A stretch of 64,000 nt of DNA from Amoebidium appalachense (lineage: Eukaryota > Protista > Ichthyosporea). Below the pieces are notes generated by a model. That model saw only the letters and a list, made by a program, of their open reading frames with translations. It was not told the origin of the DNA and ran no database searches. The position numbers and the translations under genes were made by a program. The stretch is from the NCBI GenBank assembly GCA_963693365.1, contig CAVNZM010000005.1:4347167-4411166 (forward strand), given 5' to 3'. This document shows positions 54,404-64,000 of this stretch, piece by piece. Positions within the stretch are counted from its first letter, which is position 1. Every line of letters begins with the position of its first letter.

Positions 54404-55389
54404 CCACCCGCCCATCCTGCAGACACCGCCACGATCAGCTTAATAATCATTTATGACATGTGAAGCTCCCATGGCCTCCCCTTTTCATAAGACTAAGTGT
54501 TGGGGATCAATGCACTTTATTGGCCGCTCTGTTGACCGACCCTTACCATCACGATAGACGGCCGTTCCTCCCTCGCACCTACATAGGCCTGCCGGTATGC
54601 ATGGGTGTGTGTCGTATGCAGACCTCCGTATACAACATGCATGCATATGACAAACCACAGCCAGGGTCTTTGCCAAGTCAATGCGAGCAACAGCAGTGCT
54701 ATCTTTCCTTTGCGTTCTATCAACTGATTGAATATATTTAAATGCTAGTTCAGACTCTATATCTTAAGGGCATTCTCAACCAGAAGACTTGGTACTACCT
54801 TATAACAGATGGTTCGTGTTTGTGTACATGTTGCCGCCCCCGAGGCTCCCTCACTGCGCCGTGCTTAGGCTAGGCCTCTCCCGCTGTCGCTGGGGTTCCC
54901 CCTCCTAAGATTTCCTTCTCTATAGGCTAAAGTTCCCTGGCGTATATACACACCTGCACATATGTCCACCCGCACAAGCCGTCATCCACACGCACACACA
55001 CGCACATGCAAGAGGCTCTCTCTCTCATGATTGCAATCTGTCTCTAGATCTTTGTCTATAGCTGTCTCTCTCCTGATCCTCCCCTCCCCCTCGGCCCCTC
55101 CACCCTCCCCCCCTCCCCCCCCCCTTCCCCCGTGCTCCCTCTTTTCTCTCTTAGATCTAAGGCCTCTCCCCACACTCCCTCAGTCTCTCTCTCTCTCTCT
55201 CTCCCCCCTCCCCCCCCTCCCCCCCCCCCACCAAACCCCTTGCTCTCTCGATTTCTCTCTCTCTTGAGCTCTATCGATATCGCGTGTGTGTGTGTGTTTG
55301 TGTGTGTGTTGATCAGTAATCACGGCATGATCGAGCTAATGCCGTGCCGGCCCATTAGTACTGCCACATTATTTCACTATACCGATTGC

Positions 55390-55423
<34 letters not shown>

Positions 55424-55945
55424 TTTTTTTTTTAAGTGCACATTGCATGCAAGTACTTTTAATCACGTGCGTGTACATTTCTGTGCAACGCCATGCTTGA
55501 TCGTTCAACTTGTTCATTGTTCGATGCGAGTGTGTCGGAGTTTGGTACATGTTGGGGTGTGAGCTGCTGAGGGTGGGTTTACGTGGTGATGGTGGTTGTG
55601 CAAGTGGGCAGCTGGAGGTGGGGGGAGCCCGGGGGAGGGGGAGGGAGGGAGGGGGAGGGGAGGGGGGAGGGAGGGGGGGAGGGGGGGGAGGGGGGAGGGG
55701 GAGCCTCAGGGAAAAGGATTGATTAAATTGTCGAAAGTTGCTCTTCTGCTAAGCTTCTCTGCATTTAGGTTCCAAATGTCAATTGGGGAAGCCGCAGACA
55801 TCTTCAAATTATGAAGGAGGTCACGAGGGCTTGCCCCGGGGGGGGGGGGGGGGGGGGAGTTGTAGGGTTGTCCTAAGGAATTCACCCAGGGGAGGGCCGA
55901 ACCCAGAATGACCTGTGGCTGTGTCATGCTGCTATTGAAACCATA

Positions 55946-55976
<31 letters not shown>

Positions 55977-56885
55977 TTTTTTTTTGTTTTTTTTTTTCAA
56001 AGGGGGGGGGGGGGGGGGGGGGGGGTTTCAACTTAGCAGAACAGGTTGATACGATACTAAGTTTTACAATATCAAAAAGTGTTCGTGGGCATACCCACAC
56101 ACCATTCAGAGACAGTCTATTTTAATAAAGTTTCATTTATTATTTTATTTGTAACAGTGCCACAGTGCAAGGCGGAGTATTTACAATCATCACAGTGCAA
56201 CATTGCCAAAATAATCATAGTTGTAGAATTTATTGATAATGTACCAAGACCTCCTAGACAAACGAAGCCTTACCAGGTACATAAGGGGAATATAACACCT
56301 AATGTATACTCTCAGGCACAAAACCTACACATACACCTAATGTCAATATCATGATAGATTGGAACAATTCTCTGAGCCGACAGACTCTATGAATCTCACT
56401 GTGGGTACAGGTCATGTTTTGAAATTCAATATTAAATACTCGAAAGATCAGCACTTACCTAGACTAAGTACTTCAATATCCAAAAGATTCACACATTTCT
56501 GTAACACAAAAACCCATCCAAAATCTTGTAACAGCTTACATGCTAAAGCACTGAAAACACAAGTCTTACATGCATAGCAACACGGTTGCTTGAAAGAAAC
56601 CAAAGACACACAAAAAAAGGACCTTATATTGATATCGATCAGGACCAAACAAAACTTAATATACATTACAAATGGTACTTTCTGTCACCACATCCAATAG
56701 AACATATCGAAGCCATAGACCAGTGAAAGCAATGGGCGTGGGTGGTCCCTCAAACACCCACGTCTTTGATGTTTGCCCACATTCATGGCGACCCCCCCCC
56801 CCCCCCTCCCCCCCCGCCGCCGGCCTGCCGGCCCGCCCGCATGCGCGCACGCACGCACGCACGCATGCACGCACGATGCGCGCGC

Positions 56886-56956
<71 letters not shown>

Positions 56957-56960
56957 GCGC

Positions 56961-57014
<54 letters not shown>

Positions 57015-57087
57015 TTCACACACTCAGACTCACAGGCCTACGTAGTGCTGGCCCACACACACATCCACACACTCAAGACTCACAGGT

Positions 57088-57212
57088 CTACGTAGTGCCT
57101 GCCAGCAGCATGCGCACAGTCTTTGTGTCCTCGTGCACGGCTGCACGTAACTTGCTTGCTTCAGTCCGGCTTTTCTGTATTGCCTGACAACATAAACACC
57201 ATTTCAGCACAC

Positions 57213-57252
<40 letters not shown>

Positions 57253-57380
57253 CACACACGCACACACGGTGAGCCACCCTTTCAGCCCCTCCCCAATCCC
57301 CCCTCCTCCTCCACCTCCCCTTCCCCCCCCCCCCCACACACACACGCTTGCACGCACGCGCACACACCACACACACACAC

Positions 57381-57424
<44 letters not shown>

Positions 57425-57672
57425 ACACACAGCAACACAACAGCACACGCACACGTACACACACACACAGCACACCCACCCCCCCCCCCCCCCCCCCCCC
57501 CCATCCCCCCCCACCCAAAACCCAAACACCCACAAACATAGACACACACCTTTTCTGCCTTGGAGATATCTTCACTCCTGGCCTTTTCCTGCTGTGCAAC
57601 TGTGGTCTTTTCCTTCTCAAGTGCCTCCAATGCGGCACCCACAGCTGCAAGACGCTGCTGATGTGACTGTGT

Positions 57673-57739
<67 letters not shown>

Positions 57740-58910
57740 GGACTGGAGGGGGATGGGCGGGTGCATGTGTTTGTATTGTACAAAGCAAACTGTGCATTCA
57801 AACACACGCCCCCCCCCCCCCCCCCCCCCCCCCCCACCCCCTTTTTGCTCTATCTCTTTTTGTGTGTGTGTACAGGCGAAATCTTGCGTGTGTGGGTCAC
57901 CGTGAAGGCGTGTGCGTGAATGTGCTTTTGGTTGATGCATGTGTGTAATGCTCCTTAAAGGATGCCACCGAATACCACAACTACCCTTAGCATGCTTGCC
58001 AAAAAACACTTTGTCAACTTAAACGCCCGCAAGCGTGTTTCCACCCTCTTGATTTGTTGCGACGCCTGCACATGCCAATATGTTGTCAATGTTTGTATCT
58101 AAGTTGTGTTGCGCACCTTTGCATGATAGCCCACGTGCGCGCATGTGTTGAACATGTATCTCTGTATGCGCACATGTACAAACAGACACAACCCTATATG
58201 CCTCCAAAACACAAAATCATGCACACATATGCTTAACCCTACCTGGACCCTAGCCAGCAGCAGCATCAAATGTGCATTTGTGTTCTTTGCATGTTCCTCC
58301 ATGAGCCTATAACCCAACACCACCCCACAGCCCTTGTCTCTGTATGGGCATGCTGTTCGTCGCATGCTGCAGACCCCCTTGTGTACTTCCTGGTCCTGCC
58401 TTACACCACCGTCAGTTACCTCCCCACCCCCCCCCCCCCCCCCCCCTCCCCGGGTTCTCCCTACCTCTCCCTTGCCCCCCCCCCCAAACCACCACCTTTG
58501 CCAGCATCTTTCCAACATCGACCTGTCAGAGCATTGTGCCCCGGGCCCAAACCGATGCCTAATCTAGGCCTAATCCACCCGTCTCTCCCCTCAATGAGGC
58601 ACGTTTGTATTTGAAAAAAGGTATGTTATGACTAGACGCCAGCCAGCCATACACTGGCATCCTCCGAAGAAGGTTCAGCCTTGTATCAGGTACGACCCCA
58701 CATTGCTGGCTGGCCACACACCATTACCCCCCTCCCCATCCCCCCCTTCCCCCCCCCCCTCCTGCCGCCTTCTACCCCCCCCCCTCCCCCCCCCCCCCCC
58801 CCCCCCCCCCGGCAAATATCCCTTCTCATTCCCTCGCCCCCTCCCCCTATCTGACACCAACAACAGTCGCAATCCATTAACCTTCACATCACACACTTTC
58901 GATCATTCCT

Positions 58911-58956
<46 letters not shown>

Positions 58957-60883
58957 AAAAAAAAAAGGAAAAAAAAAAGAAAAAAAACAAGAAAAAGAAA
59001 AAAGAATAGGAAAAAGCCAAAAAAAAAAACCAAACCACCACCACCAAACGCACCATACGGCACACATTCTCTCCACAGCCGTTGACACAGGGCATGACTC
59101 TATGCAGGCAGCGCCCCTCATGCTCGGCCAGCCTCCGCACAGACAGATCCAGCCCACACCCTGCATACCTGTCAGCACCCTGCCCTCATATGCCCCACCT
59201 GCCCACATACATGCACCCACCCACCTTCCTCGGGGCACTTTGTGGCCTTAAAGTCACACCCCTGCTGGTGCTCTGCCCTTAACCCCACACCCACCACCTG
59301 CTTGCACACAGTGTCTTCATCCCCAAGTGCAAGAAGCAACTTTGCTGCCAGCCCCTCCCTGCCAGCAGGCACATATCAGCTTTTGCCCCCCCTCCCCCCC
59401 CCCCCCCCTCCCCCCCCTCCCCCCCCCCCCCCCCTCCCCCACCCCCACCCCCCCAAGGGGATTACATACGCACTGGCCCGGCCAAAGGCTGCCGGCCGGC
59501 CAAAATCCACCTCCAAACGGTCAAGGTAGGCCTCTGAGCCCTGGATCACCCCCAGGAGTTAGAATTTTTTTGGGCCGACTCCTGCTAGTGTATGTTTTTT
59601 TATGTGCAAGGGAACAGAAAGTTGTCGCTTTCAGAGAAAGGGGATGGAGTATTGGACAGGGCTAATAGACGAGTGAGAGATGAGGCAAGAGAGACTGCTA
59701 TGTTTCTTATTAAAAATACATACATCAACACATTTTTTTAGCACACTTACCGGTTCAGAGGCTCTTTGCTCACACACCCAACTAACCACCTAGCCACATT
59801 CTCCCCCTCACCACAACCATTCACTCATCTGCCCACCAACACAGGCCTCCTTAAAACCCATCCTATCAACCACCCACACCCACTCACCCATCCAACGCCC
59901 TCAAACCCACTTCACCCTACCCCACCCATGAATCTACCCCCACCTTAACCCCAACCTCAACCACCCACCCACCTCTGTCGTTCTTGCAAACAGTGAGGAC
60001 AGACGGCCAGCCAGGGTCAGCTGCTGGGACGCAGCCTCCTCCATGGCCCGTTCAAGAAAGGCCATGCCGGTACCAAACTCGATCTTGCGCACCTGCAGAT
60101 CACAGGAACATGCACATTCAATTTGTAAGACACAAAAAGTGTATATATAAGCACATAGATATACAAGAAGCCAAACCCGTAACTACTAGCGCACAATCAA
60201 TAAGTAGCCGACACCACAACATACACACACGCACACACACGAACACGGACACGAAGACACGCACATATCCAGATTCACCCAAACCAGTAACACCACGACA
60301 TGCCCAAGCAGGCCCACATGCCGCATAGGTAACTTTCCTAAACACCGTAAGTCCACCCTTGCACCTGGCATAGGCCCACCTACCGCGGCAGCTCTAGCCA
60401 GAAGGTTCTCGGCATATTTGGCCCAGGCAACCTCAGCCTCCTCCCCACTACACGCACCACCCACCAGCCGTGCAAACTTATTGCGCAGCCGTGCAGCCGT
60501 CAGCCACGTCTGTGAAACACCCCCTAGTGAGTGCCTGCTCACAACCTGCCTCTTCTCCCCCATGGCAAGACACCCTCCTCTACCTGTCTTCCCCCCCCCC
60601 CCCCCCTCTCCCCCTGGTCCCCTCTCTCCTCCCCTTCGTTCCCCCCCAACCCGCCCCGTCCCCACAGCCCAGGCCCACGTACCGACTCCACATCGACCAG
60701 GTTGCACCTCTGCTCGCCCTCGCCCACCAAAGCCATTGTGAACTGGCTCTGGCAGAGGGCTGTAGCGCCCGACCGCCAGTTGCCCGTGCAGATGGTGGTG
60801 TAATGCAGTCGGCACCTACGGGTCACGGCCCCGCTGAGGTAGCAGTTCGGGCGTGTACACGTTGGAATGGTGTGTTGGAAATC
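57088..60883 (-). CDS. TRAF-type zinc-finger protein with C-terminal coiled coil and no MATH domain; 5' end unresolved
   Basis: Tandem zf-TRAF-like motifs HQQGCDFKATKCPEEG, LAEHEGRCLHRVMPCVNGC, HKGVCSMRRTACPYRDKGC...MEEH...AHLMLL; coiled-coil exons; stop at 57088. Confidence 0.82.
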
Positions 60884-61563
60884 CTATGATTGCAGTAGGG
60901 GCTGAATTGCAGCCGCTTTTCATTACAGAACCATAACTTGAAAGATTTTTCAAGTTGGAGTGCGCGCTGCGCGTTGGTTATGTTACAACTGAAGGTGAAC
61001 TTTCTGGACTTTTGTGAGCGATGCATGACAGGGCGATGGCTGCGTTAACATACACGAAGGCGGTAGGCATAATTCGACATGGTCATAATATGCTGGCACG
61101 AAAGGAGACACGGTGGCCTTCCCGCCCAGAAAGTCAGAACGGAAAGCTTTCTTTCTTTCTTTTTTTTTTTTTTGAACACAGTGCCGTCTGCCGGCTCAGC
61201 GGAGCGGCCGAGCCTCCGAGTCCGAGGTATCGTCTGATTGGCTGCCCATTCCCGGTATGTTCCCCATAACCTTACTATGAGGGGTGCTAAAAATACCTTT
61301 TGTCCACCAGGAATATTTGTAATATATAAGATTCAGCATTAATGCGCTTTTATTGCAATATGAGCTATTTATCAAACCTTAATAACGTGAATGTTTATTA
61401 AATTTGTGTAATGTAACATATATAGGAGCATAAGCTACTATGTTGCCATTCTAATCAAATTTTGGTTGCTCGCAAACGGGACATGCCCCACCTCTAAAAG
61501 TTTGAGGAGATTTTAATGGTGCGCAACGAGCCAATGAACGTGCACCGGCAGATCCGCCAGATG

Positions 61564-61575
61564 CCGCCCAGATCT
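61564..61575 (+). promoter_or_regulatory. Candidate promoter motif CCGCCCAGATCT upstream of DAHP synthase
   Basis: Exact match to 6698-6709; 130 nt before the ATG at 61694. Confidence 0.35.
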
Positions 61576-61693
61576 CATGTTTTGCACACAACAGAATTAC
61601 AGAAACACAGGACGTGTTTTATTCACTTTACCTCTGCATTTCTATATGCAGTAAGCCGCTTGCTGCCGCCCGGACCCGCACCCTCCTTCAACC

Positions 61694-62317
61694 ATGAGCA
61701 AAAAGAGGAAGGTAATGACACAGATAAAGACACACATGGCGTCGAGTTGGTGTGCCATGAGACCGGGTGGGGGCTGGCTGGCGTAGGGGTGTGGAAACAT
61801 GAAACGCTTCTTATGGGAAGGCTTTCCCTCGTTGGTTCGTCATTAGGGACATAACGGTACGGAAGCTGCGTGCGGACCATGTACATTGAGTTGCATTTAA
61901 TTTGTGGGCGCAGACCGAGGACGAGCCCGGGCCTGCGGCAGCCCCAGCTGACTGGACCCCAACCAGCTGGCGGCAGCGGCCGGCCAAGCAGCAGCCCGAG
62001 TATGCCGACGCACAGGCACTCAGGGCCAACCTGGACACCCTGCACACCCTGCCGCCCCTGGTCCACCCGCCAGAGGTGCGTGATGTCTAGTCTAATCCCT
62101 TCTTTTGTATAACCTCGCACGCGGACTGCGAGAAGAACCGGATTCAAAAAACCTCTTCACTGAGGATGGGTCGTTCTGAAGTTTGGCTGGAGCGGTGGTG
62201 ACTGTTGCATTGTCCGTGTGTTTTCCTCTGTGTTTGATCACTCTACATCCCGCTTTCGCTAATTTATGTTCTTTTTTCTTTTTTCTTTTCTTTTTCTTTT
62301 TTTTTTGGCGGCGGCTG

Positions 62318-62348
<31 letters not shown>

Positions 62349-62683
62349 TGGAACGTGACTGCTTGCGCAGGTCACAGTTGAGTACCGTGATGTAAAGTCT
62401 GCACGGTTTTTGGAGAAACCACACGCCGGGTTGGTGATGGGTTCTGAACTGTGTGGCTACAGTTGCCTGCATGTGTATATGTGTGTGATGTGCCTCTCTT
62501 GGACGTGAGGGTGTGTGCTGACTGTGCTTTGCAGGTGGACACACTGAAGGCACAGCTGGCTGAGGCAGCCCAGGGCAAACGGTTTCTGCTGCAGGGGGGG
62601 GACTGTGCAGAGCTGTTTAGCTACTGTAATGCAGAGCAGATACAGAACAAGGTGTGTGTGTGTGTGTTGGTGGGGGAGGGGGG

Positions 62684-62721
<38 letters not shown>

Positions 62722-62905
62722 GGGGAACGGCCGGGCGGGGCGGAACCGGCGGGCGGGGGAGGAGGGAAGGGGGAGGGGGGAGGGGAGGAGGGGGTAGTGA
62801 GGACGTTTCCACAACCCCTGTCCCCTCCCCCTTCACCACGCTTCCCACACCCCCTTCCCCTCCCACCCCTGCACTCGGGTGCACATGTAAACGCACGTGC
62901 GTGCA

Positions 62906-62936
<31 letters not shown>

Positions 62937-63089
62937 CACACACACACCCACACCCACACACACGCACGCATGCATGCATGCATGCTTGCCTACGCGCACA
63001 CACGCATGCACACACACACGCACATACACATGCATGCACGCACGTATGCTTACACGCACACACCCATGCACACACACACGCACGTACGC

Positions 63090-63124
<35 letters not shown>

Positions 63125-63282
63125 AGCATATACGCTGGGTGCACGTGCACACGCACATGGCTAACACACGTGCATGTGCAGGTCAAGATTATCCTGCAGA
63201 TGAGTCTGATTCTGACCTTTGGTGCACACATCCCTGTGGTCCGTGTGGCACGAATGGCAGGCCAGGTACGTGCTTGTAAGAC

Positions 63283-63315
<33 letters not shown>

Positions 63316-63369
63316 CTGTGTGTGTGTGTGTGTGTGTGTGCGTGTGCGTGTGCGTGTGTGTGCACGCAT

Positions 63370-63412
<43 letters not shown>

Positions 63413-64000
63413 CATGCACGTGTGTGTGTGTGTGGGCACGTGTGTACGCGTGTGGGTGTGCGTGTGTGTGTCTGTGTATGTGTGTGTGTGTGTGTACGTG
63501 TGTGTATGTGTGTGTTTGTATGCATGTGTTTGTGTCTGATTGTGTTTTTGTGACACGCACATGTGCGTTTGTGTGTATCTGTGTTTGCCCCTTGCAAAAC
63601 CTATACGCACATGTTCTGACCTTGGGGTGCAGTATGCCAAACCTCGCAGCAGTCCGACTGAGAAGGTGAACGGTGTGGAGGTGCCTTCCTACAAGTAAGG
63701 ACAAAGGGAGGGGGGGGGGGGGGGGGGAGGGGGGGGGGGGGAGGGGGGGAGGGGAGAGGGGGGGGGAGGGAGAGGGCGGATGTGTGAGGCGAGAGGGGGG
63801 GGGGGAGGGGATGGTTAGTGTGAGTGCTAACTGGTGCTTGCAGGGGGGATATCATCAATGGCATTGAATTGAACGACCGACAGGCAGACCCTGCACGGCT
63901 GGTCAGGTGTGCACTGTGTGTGTGTGTGTACAGGGTGTGTGCGTGTGCATGTGTGTGTGGTGTGTGTGTGTGTGTGTGTGTGTGGGGTGTGTGTGTGTGT
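61694..64000 (+). CDS. Class II DAHP synthase (phospho-2-dehydro-3-deoxyheptonate aldolase), 5' part; continues past the window
   Basis: [78 protein letters not shown] are class II (AroA-II) signatures across six exons, preceded by a putative MSKKRK first exon. Confidence 0.95.

Noticed and set aside
57920-58000. Decayed duplicate of the TRAF zinc-finger exon
   Set aside because: Similarity is patchy and could be chance; no splice signals or conserved Cys/His frame.

Overview
Intron-rich eukaryotic genomic DNA with no prokaryotic features, CRISPR, rRNA or convincing tRNA. Most of the six-frame ORF track is artefact from (GT)n/(CA)n and poly-G/poly-C tracts, so genes were rebuilt by joining exons by eye. 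Nine spliced genes are supported to varying degrees: a multi-pass membrane protein (-, runs off the left edge), a small uncertain gene (-), a Diaphanous-type formin (+), a TPR protein (+), GPN1 GTPase (-), Hrs/Vps27 (+), an AMPK/MARK-family kinase (+), a TRAF-type zinc-finger protein (-) and a class II DAHP synthase (+, runs off the right edge). The mix suggests a non-animal, probably unicellular opisthokont/holozoan-like protist (inference only). Main finds: (1) a dispersed family of 5'-truncated elements (about 9 copies, several subfamilies) that share a 3' end abutting poly-C and sit in introns, and that share collinear motifs with the sequence downstream of a Penelope-like (Naiad/Chlamys-type) RT C-terminal fragment at 4959-5275, suggesting homopolymer-targeting retroelements; (2) three minor-spliceosome (U12) introns, two of them AT-AC; (3) introns with G-tracts, a close branch point and often no polypyrimidine tract; (4) a shared CCGCCCAGATCT upstream motif. 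Exon boundaries are manual and some gene ends are unresolved.
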